A DNA stretch of 64,000 nt from Patescibacteria group bacterium (GCA_042568575.1 JBHPIO010000003.1:32001-96000); one strand, 5' to 3'. Counted from the first letter of the stretch, positions 9,581 to 19,832 are shown. Notes: generated from the sequence alone by a model not told the origin. Made by a program: numbers and translations.

Positions 9581-10036
9581 GATACTAACTATGCCCATTG
9601 CACCTAAAGTAATTACTATTCCAGCAATTGCGAGTCCTATTGCGATGAGCCCCATTGCCTTCCAGTATTTTATTCCGAAAAGGAAAGCCACTAGGCTTCC
9701 TGTCCATCCACCGCTTCCAGGAAGTGGGATTGCTACGAATACTATTAGTAGGATTGGTCCGTACTTTTCTAATGCATCTTTGTGCTTATGCTGTGTTTTT
9801 TCAAACAGTTTAGTAAAGAACTTATTGAAGAACTTAGAATGACGCATTAAAAACCGTGAAACTGGTCCAAGTAGCCAAAGTATAAAGAAGCACGGGATGA
9901 TATTACCTATATATGCCCATAAAAATACAGCTTCTGCCGGCATTCCCATTGCAAATCCAACAGGGATTGATCCGCGCAGTTCTATGATTGGAAGCATTGA
10001 AGAGAAAAAAACTATAATTTCAGGAGGCATGTTCAA
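9575..10036 (-). CDS. Small multidrug export-like membrane protein (COG2426)
   Basis: PIIELRGSIP and FVAIPLPGSGGWTG motifs. Confidence 0.85.
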   Translation of the reverse strand: MNMPPEIIVFFSSMLPIIELRGSIPVGFAMGMPAEAVFLWAYIGNIIPCFFILWLLGPVSRFLMRHSKFFNKFFTKLFEKTQHKHKDALEKYGPILLIVFVAIPLPGSGGWTGSLVAFLFGIKYWKAMGLIAIGLAIAGIVITLGAMGIVSIL

Positions 10037-10359
10037 AAGATTTATACTGGTATTTTTTTATGCGCCTGTTTTTGTTTTATCATAGTCGATACTAATTGCC
10101 AAGACATAATCTTGTACAAAAAAATTACGCAATATTTACACTTTTGAACAATAGGAATGTATAATAAGCTTCGATGGCTTATTTAAAAGGAGAAGGTACG
10201 CCTGGATATCGTTTTGGAACACAAAACTTACTCTGTTTTTGGTAGAATCATTGACAGAAGAGTGTAAAAACCTTAATTTAGAGACGTATTCCGATGATCT
10301 AAAAAGTTATACACATTTTGTGCACAAGTTTTGAACAGCAGAAGTGATAAAAACCTAGA

Positions 10360-11307
10360 ATGCCGCTTAACAAAAAGAATTATGGTCATGATCCTGTCCT
10401 TACTGAAACTGTTGAAAAGTATGCGGGACTACAAAAAGGTGACACGGTCATCGATTGCACATTAGGTCTTGGGGGGCACAGCGAAATGTTCCTAGAAATG
10501 ATAGGGAAGAAAGGAACTTTAGTTGCGTTTGAACAGGACGAAAGGAATCTAGAAGTTGCTAAGAAACGTCTTAACGAAAACAAAAACAAAATTCTTTTTA
10601 TCCACAAAAACTTTGTTCATTTACAACAAGAGGTTCAAGAGAGAAAGATAGAAGGAATTAAGTTGATATTCATGGATTTGGGACTAGCGTCGACACATAT
10701 TGATGATCCGGAGAGAGGATTTGCCTTTCTACATGATGGACCGCTTGATATGCGATTCGATAAAAGAAGTCCACTCACTGCAGAAAGAATTCTAGAACGA
10801 TACTCGGTTAAAAGGTTGGAAGAAATATTTAAAGTTTATGGAGAAGAACGATATAGCAAGAAATTTGCCAGAATCATTAAAGAAAATATTCCTTTTCATA
10901 CAACTACGGAGCTAGCGAACTTTATAGAGCAGCATTATCCAAAAGGAAAACAGAAAAGAGGAAAAAGGATACATCCTGCCACAAAAATATTTCAGGCCCT
11001 CAGAATCGAAGTTAATAATGAGCTTGAAATATTGGAAGACACATTACAGCAAGCAATAGAGGTACTGGATAAAGGAGGAAGGTTAATGGTTATCTCGTAT
11101 CACTCACTGGAAGACAGAATAGTAAAAAGAGCGATGAAAGCGGCTACTAAGGAATGTATCTGCCCACCAGAAAAACCGATATGTGATTGCAACCACAAAC
11201 CAGTACTTAAAATCCTTACTAAAAAACCGATCACGCCAACAGAAGAAGAAATTGAAAAAAACCCGCGAAGCAGAAGTGCAAAATTACGAACCTCAGAAAA
11301 AATCTAA
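10360..11307 (+). CDS. rsmH: 16S rRNA m4C1402 methyltransferase RsmH
   Basis: DCTLGLGGHS, GPLDMR, HPATKIFQALRIEVN and NPRSRSAKLR motifs. Confidence 0.97.
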   Translation: MPLNKKNYGHDPVLTETVEKYAGLQKGDTVIDCTLGLGGHSEMFLEMIGKKGTLVAFEQDERNLEVAKKRLNENKNKILFIHKNFVHLQQEVQERKIEGIKLIFMDLGLASTHIDDPERGFAFLHDGPLDMRFDKRSPLTAERILERYSVKRLEEIFKVYGEERYSKKFARIIKENIPFHTTTELANFIEQHYPKGKQKRGKRIHPATKIFQALRIEVNNELEILEDTLQQAIEVLDKGGRLMVISYHSLEDRIVKRAMKAATKECICPPEKPICDCNHKPVLKILTKKPITPTEEEIEKNPRSRSAKLRTSEKI

Positions 11308-11348
11308 AAATTAGAAATCTTTATATATACAAATAACAATCTCCCTCA

Positions 11349-11705
11349 ATGTCACAAGTTATCGTAAATAGGAACTCACTTGCATACAGACGCCGCAGGC
11401 AGTCGATGCAAAAGATTAGCTTAAAACCATTTTTGTTGATGGTTTCTATGGGGCTTTTTATAAGCTTTTTAAGTGTGATGATGCTTGTGAATTTTAATAT
11501 GGCTTCTACAAAGGGATATACAATTAAATATTTAGAGGTACAGCAACAAGGACTTTGGGAAGAGAACGAGGAACTTAAGAAAGATTTACTGGAGCAAAAG
11601 GCATTGTCTGTGTTAAGCGAAAGTGAAAAAGCGAGATCGATGGTGAAACCGGGAAGAATTACCTATGTCTCAGGGCATAGCACAGTTGCACAAGTTACTG
11701 ACTGA
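11349..11705 (+). CDS. FtsL-like bitopic cell-division protein
   Basis: Directly after rsmH; basic N-terminus, one TM, KGY followed by a coiled coil. Confidence 0.6.
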   Translation: MSQVIVNRNSLAYRRRRQSMQKISLKPFLLMVSMGLFISFLSVMMLVNFNMASTKGYTIKYLEVQQQGLWEENEELKKDLLEQKALSVLSESEKARSMVKPGRITYVSGHSTVAQVTD

Positions 11706-11744
11706 TTGATTTTCAGATAAGATTGCTAAGGTTGGGCCACAAAT

Positions 11745-11787
11745 AAAAAAATCCTCCTCGATAGGCTTTCCGGGGGGATTTTTTTTT
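11745..11787. terminator. Bidirectional intrinsic terminator
   Basis: A-run-ATCCTCC...GGGGGGAT-T-run. Confidence 0.75.
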
Positions 11788-11831
11788 GCTATAGTTACTT
11801 CCGGCTTTTCTATTTTTATAACCGGACAAAA

Positions 11832-12866
11832 ATGGCTGATTTGGCACCTTTTTCAAAAGACAACAATCCTAATATTCGCGAATTAACTGGCGGATATACT
11901 TTATCAAACCTTAAAACTCTCCTTAGCGTAGCGGATAAACATGGTTTTGGTATTCCTGCATGTAACGCGCGTCATAAAACAATTGCGGAAGCGATTCTTG
12001 ATGCAGCTTGGGAAGCAAAATCTCCAATTATCATTGAAATTGCTGAGAGTGAATCAGGATATTGCCCAATGCAACCTGACATGCTTTCGGACATCGTTCA
12101 TAACGCAATCGAAGAACGAATAGCAAAATATGGGTATAGCGTGCCAGTTTGTCTTCATCATGATCATATTCAAAAAGATGTTGATGGATGCATACAAAAA
12201 TCAATCGATGCAGGATTCTCATCTGTAGAAGTTGATCTTTCTAAACTTCCAACTGAAGAAAACGCAGCAAAGTGTAGGGAAGTTGTTGAAAAAATTCACC
12301 CACTTGGAATTTCTATTGAAGTTGAAGAAGGTGAAATTGGAGCGGCATCTGCTCTTGCAGATCCTGACGTAGAACAGAATATTGCCAACTATTACACAAA
12401 GACTGAAGATGCGGTTAAGCTTGTTGAAGGATCTAAGCCAGAGGCGCTAGCGTTCTTTGTTGGAAATGGTCACGGAGTTTATTTGAAAGAACCACACTTA
12501 GGATTCGATCGTATTAAAGAAATTTGTGATCAGATTCGTCCTCTTGGAGCTTATGGAGTTTTACATGGTGGAAGTGGAATCTCGCCTGAAATGTTCCAGA
12601 AAGCAGTTGAAGCTGGTGCTCGAAAGTTCAACTACGCTACAACGCTTCAGAACATTTGGTTTAAATACTTCCCTCAGGAACTTACAGAAGCTATGGATAA
12701 AGCAGCTAAAGAAAACGAAAAACCTTTCCGAAAAGTTCTTTACATGTTTATTGACGAGGTAAACAAACTTGATCACACAGAGGCTAAGAAGGAAATTGCG
12801 GAGCATTTAAAGATGATGTTTAAAGAAGCTTTCCTTTGTGATGGTAAGGCTGATCTATACAATTAA
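11832..12866 (+). CDS. fba: Class II fructose-bisphosphate aldolase
   Basis: LHHDH, EGEIG, GNGHGVY, LHGGSG and KFN motifs. Confidence 0.9.
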   Translation: MADLAPFSKDNNPNIRELTGGYTLSNLKTLLSVADKHGFGIPACNARHKTIAEAILDAAWEAKSPIIIEIAESESGYCPMQPDMLSDIVHNAIEERIAKYGYSVPVCLHHDHIQKDVDGCIQKSIDAGFSSVEVDLSKLPTEENAAKCREVVEKIHPLGISIEVEEGEIGAASALADPDVEQNIANYYTKTEDAVKLVEGSKPEALAFFVGNGHGVYLKEPHLGFDRIKEICDQIRPLGAYGVLHGGSGISPEMFQKAVEAGARKFNYATTLQNIWFKYFPQELTEAMDKAAKENEKPFRKVLYMFIDEVNKLDHTEAKKEIAEHLKMMFKEAFLCDGKADLYN

Positions 12867-12877
12867 AAAACTAAATT

Positions 12878-13795
12878 ATGTCTATTGTTTCACTTGATAA
12901 GCATCTGCGCGATGCAAAGATCGATCACGATTTACGTCATGTTATAGGAATAATCGCGCGTAGTGCTAAGTATGTTCATAATGCAATGCAAACTGGTGAT
13001 CTTGGTCTTGCTGGTACTAGTAATATGTATGGCGAAGATCAACTTGCACTTGATGTGCTTTCGAATCAGATCTTTGTTAAAGAGCTTGAAGATTCACACT
13101 TAACTTCATGTCTTGCGTCTGAGGAGATGGAAGAAATCTGTAAAATTCCACTGGAGAAACAAGGGAAGTATGCTGTTGTTTTCGATCCACTTGATGGCTC
13201 TTCACTTGTTAATGCTAATTTTTCTATTGGAAGTATCTTTGGAATTTATGAGGGCGACAAGATTATGGGGAAAAAAGGTGATGATCAAGTAGCTTCAATT
13301 GTGGTTGTTTATGGACCACGCGTAACGCTTCTTTATACTGTTAAAAGCGGTGTTCATGAATTTATTTTGAATGCAGTTGGAGAATTTATTCTAACTCAGG
13401 AAAACATTAAGGTTGAGAAGGATGCGAAGAATTTTGCGCCAGGAAATCTGCGTGCAACTGTTACTGAGGAGAAATATGCGAAGTTGATTCAGAGTTGGAT
13501 GGATGAAAAATATACATTAAGATATTCGGGAGGAATGGTTCCTGACATCAATCATATATTCATGAAAGGGCAGGGAATATTTACTTACCCAGGTTATGAG
13601 GACGCGCCACAAGGGAAACTTCGGCTTCTTTATGAATGCGCTCCAATGGCACTTTTAATGGAGCAGGCGGGTGGAAGAGCAACTAATGGAAACAAAAGAA
13701 TCCTTGATATTGAAATTGAAAAACTGGATCAGAGAACGCCTATTTTCCTTGGAAGTGAGAACGAAGTTATAAAAGCTGAGAAAGCTCTTTCATAG
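12878..13795 (+). CDS. fbp: Class I fructose-1,6-bisphosphatase
   Basis: SEE, FDPLDGSS, LRYSGGMVPD and GKLRLLYECAP motifs. Confidence 0.93.
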   Translation: MSIVSLDKHLRDAKIDHDLRHVIGIIARSAKYVHNAMQTGDLGLAGTSNMYGEDQLALDVLSNQIFVKELEDSHLTSCLASEEMEEICKIPLEKQGKYAVVFDPLDGSSLVNANFSIGSIFGIYEGDKIMGKKGDDQVASIVVVYGPRVTLLYTVKSGVHEFILNAVGEFILTQENIKVEKDAKNFAPGNLRATVTEEKYAKLIQSWMDEKYTLRYSGGMVPDINHIFMKGQGIFTYPGYEDAPQGKLRLLYECAPMALLMEQAGGRATNGNKRILDIEIEKLDQRTPIFLGSENEVIKAEKALS

Positions 13796-13800
13796 AAAAT

Positions 13801-13826
13801 TGTAAAGAAACCTACGTGAATACGTT
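13801..13826 (+). promoter_or_regulatory. Putative ECF sigma promoter
   Basis: TGTAAA-N16-CGTT, matched by AGTAAC-N16-CGTT at 14412-14437. Confidence 0.5.
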
Positions 13827-13834
13827 TACTAATT

Positions 13835-14416
13835 ATGATGAATATTAAAGATTCTAAAATTTCGGATAAAGAGATTGAGAAACTGGTTGTGAAGAGCCAG
13901 CAGGGAGACGCGGATGCTTTTGCGATCGTTTACGATACATACGTCACTCCTATCTATCGTTATATTTTTTATAAAGTGAAAAGGGAGGATGTTGAAGATC
14001 TTGTTGAACAGCTTTTTCTTAAGGCATGGGAGAACATTCGTAAATATAAGAAAAGAGATAAGACTACTTTTAAATCCTGGCTTTTTAGAATTGCTCACAA
14101 TCTTGTTGTTGATCACTATCGTCTTACAAGAGAGCATTCTTCGCTTGATCCACGATTATCTGACACTAAAAGGGAGTCTAATCCTGTTGGGCAGGCCTCT
14201 GAGAGTTTAAATAATGAACATTTACAGAGGGCGATTAAAAAGTTAAAGCCTAATTATCAGCAAATTGTTATTTTGAAATTCTTGAATGAATTATCAAATG
14301 AAGAAATTAGCAAGGTATTGAAGAAAAGCGAGGGGAGCGTGCGAATTTTGCAGTTTAGGGCACTTAAAGCTCTGAAAATTATTCTATCTGATATGGGTGT
14401 GAATTCGTATGAGTAA
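13835..14416 (+). CDS. ECF sigma-70 family RNA polymerase sigma factor
   Basis: EDLVEQLFLKAW and FKSWLFRIAHNLVVDHYR (region 2); LSNEEIS...SEGSVRILQFRALKAL (region 4). Confidence 0.95.
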   Translation: MMNIKDSKISDKEIEKLVVKSQQGDADAFAIVYDTYVTPIYRYIFYKVKREDVEDLVEQLFLKAWENIRKYKKRDKTTFKSWLFRIAHNLVVDHYRLTREHSSLDPRLSDTKRESNPVGQASESLNNEHLQRAIKKLKPNYQQIVILKFLNELSNEEISKVLKKSEGSVRILQFRALKALKIILSDMGVNSYE

Positions 14417-14437
14417 CAAAATCCAACTTTTGTCGTT
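14412..14437 (+). promoter_or_regulatory. Putative ECF sigma promoter overlapping the sigma stop codon
   Basis: AGTAAC-N16-CGTT, same spacing as at 13801. Confidence 0.5.
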
Positions 14438-14470
14438 AGTTATAACGCAATAAGGCATAAAAGGGGAACC

Positions 14471-15697
14471 ATGAAAAACGATTATAAAAAACTGGAAAAA
14501 GCGCTTAGCGCTCTTAAGAAACCTTCTTTAGATGAGGGTATTAAGGGACGTATCAAAAGCAATATAGTTCAGCAAATAAGAGTAAATGAGCCTATTCCTG
14601 CTACTTATTCTAGATTAAAAGATGCACTCCATAAACTTGCAAGTACTGTTAAACCGGAGTCGACGGTGAGAGCTAGAATGAAAGAAGTAGTTCTTTCGAG
14701 TATCGAGCGTTTATCTATAAAGAAAAGCTTCTTTAGAAATACCTTAGGCAATTGGCAGAGAGCATTTGCTTCTTTCTTTATCGTCATGTTTACTTTTGGA
14801 GCTATAACTTTCTACATTAAAGATATTCCGGTTACAAACGCAGCTCTTAAGACTGTATTCAATAAGGTTTTTGGGACAGTTGAAGTAATAAGAAATGGTG
14901 AAAGGATCGAAGCTGAAAAGGATATGAGTCTTAAACAAGGCGATATTGTTGTTACTGGCGAAGATGGAATTGCTGTTATTCGTTATGTTGATAACTCTAT
15001 TACACGTCTTTCTCCAGAAAGTGAACTTAAGATACATAAGTTGTATCAGGATGTTCTTGATGAAACTAAGACTGAAGTTGAAGTTGAGTTAACACAAGGT
15101 CGTGTATGGACTCAGGTTGTGAATACTGACTCTAACGAAGCGACTTTTAAGGTTGCTGCTAATGATATTACTGCTAACGCTCAAGTAACAACATCATTTG
15201 ATATTAAACACGAAGATGAAGATGAGGGAGTTACAGTTTCTGTATTTGATAATGAAATTGAAGTTACTGTACAGGATGTAGAGGATCAAACACAGGTTAT
15301 TCACGAAGGATATGCTGTGGAAATTAATGATACCTCAGAACTCGAGGTTGTTACGCATTCAAATGGTGATGCTGAAGATAAATTGTGGGTTAATGTAAAT
15401 ACGGCTGAAGATAAAGAATATACTGAAGGTATGGTTGTAGAAGAAAGCGTGATTGCGGAAGAAACTGTTGTTGAGCCAGTTGTTACTGCTGTTAAAGCTC
15501 CAGTTGTAGAGGAAGAAGAGGTTGTTGAAGAACCTTCTGAACAAGATGTAGCTACACTTGCTGAAGTTGAGGTTGTTGAAGAACCAGTAATCGAAGAAGT
15601 AACTGAGGAGCCTGTTGTTGAAGAGCCAACAGAAACTACGCCAGAAGAGCCAACAGAGCCAGGATCAACCCGGTCATTGCAACGATCCCCCCAATAA
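14471..15697 (+). CDS. Putative anti-sigma factor with one TM and a FecR-like domain
   Basis: Follows the ECF gene; TM then LKQGDIVVTGEDG..A.I...D.S..RLSPESEL...LTQGRVW (FecR pattern); acidic tail. Confidence 0.75.
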   Translation: MKNDYKKLEKALSALKKPSLDEGIKGRIKSNIVQQIRVNEPIPATYSRLKDALHKLASTVKPESTVRARMKEVVLSSIERLSIKKSFFRNTLGNWQRAFASFFIVMFTFGAITFYIKDIPVTNAALKTVFNKVFGTVEVIRNGERIEAEKDMSLKQGDIVVTGEDGIAVIRYVDNSITRLSPESELKIHKLYQDVLDETKTEVEVELTQGRVWTQVVNTDSNEATFKVAANDITANAQVTTSFDIKHEDEDEGVTVSVFDNEIEVTVQDVEDQTQVIHEGYAVEINDTSELEVVTHSNGDAEDKLWVNVNTAEDKEYTEGMVVEESVIAEETVVEPVVTAVKAPVVEEEEVVEEPSEQDVATLAEVEVVEEPVIEEVTEEPVVEEPTETTPEEPTEPGSTRSLQRSPQ

Positions 15698-16700
15698 TCC
15701 AGAAGCGCATTACAACTTTTGCTTCTGACCAGCCGATATGTTCAAAATGGTGATGAAGCGGAGCTATCTTAAATACCTTTTTCTTGAATAGCTTTTTTGA
15801 AACTAATTGAATAATTACAGATAGTGTTTCTATAACGAAAACAAATCCAATAAGGATCAACGGAATGAATGAGTCTGTGAGCATGGCTATTACCCCTAAT
15901 GTGGCTCCAAGTGCCAAAGAGCCTGTATCACCCATATAGAACTTTGCGGGCGGTACATTGAACCATAAGAAGGCTAGCGTTGCTCCTGTTATAACTGCGC
16001 ATAGAGATGCTAAAAGAAGTAGTCCTTCCGCAAACGCAATTACACCAAACGATGCAAATGCTATTACAAGGAGGCCTCCTGCTAGTCCATCAAGGCCATC
16101 TGTGAAGTTAACTGCATTAGCTGTCGAAATGATTACAAGCATGAATAGGGGAATGTACCAGATTCCTAGGGGCACGTCTCCGAAACCAGGAAGGTTGAAC
16201 TGGTCATAACCTAGCTTGTAGTGGAACCATAATCCTCCAAGAAGCGCAAAAAAGAATAACCACAAGAACTTTGGTTTTATATTTATTCCTTTAGATTTCC
16301 CAAGTCCTTTTATATTAAAATAATCGTCAACTGCTCCAAGAACTGCAATAACAAGTAATGTAGCCACAGGAAGCCAGGTTTCTTTTCTGTTTAAAAGTGA
16401 ATGGTCTACAAGTCCGACTGCCGATAAAAGGCGACTTCCGAGCACAATAATAAGTGTTGTTCCCCAAATAAGAATTCCTCCCATTGTTGGTGTGCCCGCT
16501 TTTCCTTTATGTAGTGCGTGATATCTTTTTGCAGGTTCACCTGTTGAAGCTACTTCTCGAATTTGTTTGTGAATTTTATATTTCGTCAAAACTTTTATAA
16601 GTGGTTTTGCAAGAAACAAAGCCAGAACAAAAGCAGCCGAAAAAGAAAGGAATATAAGTGTTAAATGGCGCAGAATAAGGCTCAGATCGTATTCAAACAT
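15636..16700 (-). CDS. mraY: Phospho-N-acetylmuramoyl-pentapeptide transferase MraY
   Basis: KAGTPTMGG, NAVNFTDGLDGL, MGDTGSL and APLHHHFE motifs; start likely MFEYD. Confidence 0.96.
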   Translation of the reverse strand: MFEYDLSLILRHLTLIFLSFSAAFVLALFLAKPLIKVLTKYKIHKQIREVASTGEPAKRYHALHKGKAGTPTMGGILIWGTTLIIVLGSRLLSAVGLVDHSLLNRKETWLPVATLLVIAVLGAVDDYFNIKGLGKSKGINIKPKFLWLFFFALLGGLWFHYKLGYDQFNLPGFGDVPLGIWYIPLFMLVIISTANAVNFTDGLDGLAGGLLVIAFASFGVIAFAEGLLLLASLCAVITGATLAFLWFNVPPAKFYMGDTGSLALGATLGVIAMLTDSFIPLILIGFVFVIETLSVIIQLVSKKLFKKKVFKIAPLHHHFEHIGWSEAKVVMRFWIIGGIVAMTGLILALLALLA

Positions 16701-16714
16701 AGGGAATAGGGGAA

Positions 16715-17608
16715 TTACCAGATATAAGATCGGAATGCCCAAGATGCGAGTCTTTTTGTCTCGGTAAACCGGGCAGGACTATTAAGTACGACGGTAATAA
16801 TTTTGTTATCGTTGTCGTTTTCAATTATCGATACAAAGCATAATCCCGCGAGTTCGGTATGTCCAGTTTTTAATCCAAGAACATTCATAAATCCTCCCAG
16901 AAGATCATTTGTTGATTCAAGATCATGGCTCAATGAACCATCAGCCGAAGAAATACTCATAGATGGGATAATAACGGCCCTGCGAATAAATGGCTTACGG
17001 TAGGCGTATCTTGCAAGCAATGCAAGGTCGTGAACTGTCGAATAATTTTCAAGCGCATCAAACCCTATTGGGTTTTCATAGTGTGTACTATACAAACCAA
17101 TTTTCTTTGTTTTGTCATTCATTTTTTGAACAAAGGTTGGAACGTCTCCTCCAATATGTTCAGCAACTGCAACTGCAGCATCATTTCCAGAGTGAATTAG
17201 AATTGCTAAAAGAAGATTTCTAAGCGTGATTTCTTCTCCACCATAAAGCCAAACTTTAGATCCTTCTGTTTGCGCGGCTTTGCTGCTTACATAAACAGTT
17301 TCGTCAAGATCACCTTCTTCAAGCGCGATTATAGCTGTCATTAATTTTGTTATACTTGCGATTTGCAACTTGGTATCCGGATTTTTTTCGTACAAAATGG
17401 TACCACTATCAAAGTCTACAATAATTGCTGCCTCTGCTTCTATTATTGGTGCGATCGAATGTTCTTTCTTCAAAGGGATCGACGAAGATGGAAGTGTTTC
17501 TTCGTATGAAACCGGATTCTCTACAGGTTCTTCAACAGGAGTATCTATCGCGATATCTCCAGTGCCGATCGTAATCGCAGCGTAAAGTTGTAAAAAGGAA
17601 GTAAGCAT
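16715..17608 (-). CDS. D-alanyl-D-alanine carboxypeptidase (peptidase S11)
   Basis: SITK, SGN and KTG penicillin-binding motifs. Confidence 0.92.
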   Translation of the reverse strand: MLTSFLQLYAAITIGTGDIAIDTPVEEPVENPVSYEETLPSSSIPLKKEHSIAPIIEAEAAIIVDFDSGTILYEKNPDTKLQIASITKLMTAIIALEEGDLDETVYVSSKAAQTEGSKVWLYGGEEITLRNLLLAILIHSGNDAAVAVAEHIGGDVPTFVQKMNDKTKKIGLYSTHYENPIGFDALENYSTVHDLALLARYAYRKPFIRRAVIIPSMSISSADGSLSHDLESTNDLLGGFMNVLGLKTGHTELAGLCFVSIIENDNDNKIITVVLNSPARFTETKRLASWAFRSYIW

Positions 17609-17611
17609 TAT

Positions 17612-18319
17612 TTATGCCAGTAATTTATCAATTTCATTATTATTCAGAATGCGGAATTTACCTTTCTCAAGGGAGCCAAGACGCAACTTTCCAATTCTGA
17701 CGCGCATTAAGTATATAACGGGATTTCCTATTTCTTCAAACATTCTTTTAATTTGTCGTTTTCGCCCTTCATGAATTGTTACGTGGCATACTCCATGATT
17801 GTTCTTAGTCTTTCGATCTTTAATATCAACTTCACATGGGGATGTCATTTTTTTGTCAATCATAACGCCTTTTTCAAGCGCTTCTTTTTGGGCTTGAGTA
17901 AGCTCTTTTTTGCTGTATACCATGTACTCTTTTTCATGCTCAAATTTTGGATGAGTGATTTTGTATGCGAGGTCTCCGTCGTTTGTTAAAAGAAGTAGAC
18001 CTTCTGTGTCACGATCAAGTCTGCCAACAGGAAACAGATCGTCATATGGAATAAGATCCATCACGGTTTTTCGATTTTCTGTATCTGAACGCGTTGTAAT
18101 ATAGCCTGAAGGTTTGTTAAGCATCAACGTAATAGTTTCTGCTTTAGGTTTGATAGTTTCATCATCAACAGTAACTTTAGGATTTGTCTCGGGATCAACT
18201 TGTGTGCCAAGTTTAGTTACTATTTCTCCATTCACCGAAACACGCCCTTCCTCAATTAGGACTTCCGCTTTCCGTCTAGAATAGGAGCTGTTTAGTGCGA
18301 TATAACGTTGGAGACGCAT
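17612..18319 (-). CDS. rRNA pseudouridine synthase (RsuA/RluB family)
   Basis: S4 domain MRLQRYIA..SRRKAE; GRLDRDTEGLLLLTND; EGRKRQIKRM; start revised to 18319. Confidence 0.93.
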   Translation of the reverse strand: MRLQRYIALNSSYSRRKAEVLIEEGRVSVNGEIVTKLGTQVDPETNPKVTVDDETIKPKAETITLMLNKPSGYITTRSDTENRKTVMDLIPYDDLFPVGRLDRDTEGLLLLTNDGDLAYKITHPKFEHEKEYMVYSKKELTQAQKEALEKGVMIDKKMTSPCEVDIKDRKTKNNHGVCHVTIHEGRKRQIKRMFEEIGNPVIYLMRVRIGKLRLGSLEKGKFRILNNNEIDKLLA

Positions 18320-18320
18320 A

Positions 18321-19832
18321 TTATTCTGTGGTTGTTTCAGCTGGTGCCGGTGCCTCTGTAGCAGCGTCAGCCTCTCCGCCTTCCTCCTCTTCTTCATCCG
18401 CTGCTGCTTCATCAGCGCTTGCCTGTGTAGGGAAATAATAATAGAAAATGTCTTCTGGGCGTGAATCAACGTAATCTTCGCCGAGTTCTATAATGATGTC
18501 TGCGTCGCTTATATATTGTGGTTCCATGTAAATTGAAGGGATGTCACTTGAAGTTTGTCCACCAATTAATTGTTGAATGAATGAAAGACCTGCAGGTTTC
18601 TTTTCTGGTTCTTCTGGTCCTGATGTGTCTTTGTAATAAATCATTGTTTCATTGATTTCCTGATTTTGCGCATTTCCGAATCTAATAACGTCAAAGCATA
18701 AGCGATTTAGCCGTGCTTTGGTTTCTGCGGCAAGTCCGCCTGTTTTTGTTCCGTTTAAGAGTTGTATCTCTGGTGGGTTTAAATTCAATTCTGGATAGTG
18801 GAAAATCAAATCAACATATTGATGTATGAATTCGAAATGGTCACCGATAGGAACAAGAACGAATGCTCCTCCAAATAGATCTCTTTGAGGAACATACAGG
18901 AATCCTCCGCATCCAATTGGGTTGTCTGTAATCACGCGGCTGATGATGTTTTCTTCGTGAAAGTCCTGAGATATCTTTGCTAGCTCAATAATATGCCCGA
19001 GAGTTAGGTTTGTTTCGATATTGTCTTCAACTGCATCAAATAAATCTTTAATTTTTCCGGGATTCAAAAGTACATCCTTTGTCATCGCTTTCTTTTTAAT
19101 CGCAAAGAGTAGCTTTTGCTGACGCTTTGAACGATCAAAATCACTTGTTGTTTTTCGGCTTCGTGCGTATTTAAGTGCTGTTTCTCCATCCATTTCTTGA
19201 AGTCCTGCTGATATGGAGAATGTTTGGTACAAAATTGTTCCATCTAGTGGATAGTATGGGTCGTGAATTGGTTCATCAACATAAACTTCAACACCACCTA
19301 AGCTATCAACAATATCCTTCATTCCTTGGAAGTCGATTTTAACGTAATAATGAATGTCTACACCTGTAATTTCTTCAGCTGCTTCTACCGCTAGTTCAAG
19401 GCCTGTTTCTGAATCGTACATTTGTTTTCCGAGCTCATAAAGTCTGTTAATTCTTACGCCTCCTCCGATTTTTTCTTTGTCTGCGTAGAAGTCACGAGGG
19501 ATAGAAACCATTGGTACAAGTTTGTTTGTTTGATCGATACTTGCAACGATTATTGTGTCGGTTAAGTCAGCACCATCATGATCACCACCACCAGTTCCCA
19601 GAAGCAAGATATTCGTATTTCCATAAAAGTCAGTTTCAAGTTGTTGTCCAAAAATTCCAATTACATTAATGAATCCGATTTGTTTGATAATTGCCGAGCA
19701 TCCATATAAGAAAAGAGCAAAAACAGTAATTACAGCAACAACCATGCCCCATTGCATGTGCTTTTTAACTTTAGGTCTGTGAAAGTTCAAATCTTTTTTC
19801 TTTCCTTTAAGACCCTTAAGGCTTTCGAGCAA
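18321..19832 (-). CDS. LCP (LytR-CpsA-Psr) family protein with LytR_C domain
   Basis: NILLLG, LTDTI, SIPRD, ALKYARSR, DFDRSKRQQ and LNGT..GGLA motifs; true start may lie further upstream. Confidence 0.9.
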   Translation of the reverse strand: MLESLKGLKGKKKDLNFHRPKVKKHMQWGMVVAVITVFALFLYGCSAIIKQIGFINVIGIFGQQLETDFYGNTNILLLGTGGGDHDGADLTDTIIVASIDQTNKLVPMVSIPRDFYADKEKIGGGVRINRLYELGKQMYDSETGLELAVEAAEEITGVDIHYYVKIDFQGMKDIVDSLGGVEVYVDEPIHDPYYPLDGTILYQTFSISAGLQEMDGETALKYARSRKTTSDFDRSKRQQKLLFAIKKKAMTKDVLLNPGKIKDLFDAVEDNIETNLTLGHIIELAKISQDFHEENIISRVITDNPIGCGGFLYVPQRDLFGGAFVLVPIGDHFEFIHQYVDLIFHYPELNLNPPEIQLLNGTKTGGLAAETKARLNRLCFDVIRFGNAQNQEINETMIYYKDTSGPEEPEKKPAGLSFIQQLIGGQTSSDIPSIYMEPQYISDADIIIELGEDYVDSRPEDIFYYYFPTQASADEAAADEEEEEGGEADAATEAPAPAETTTE

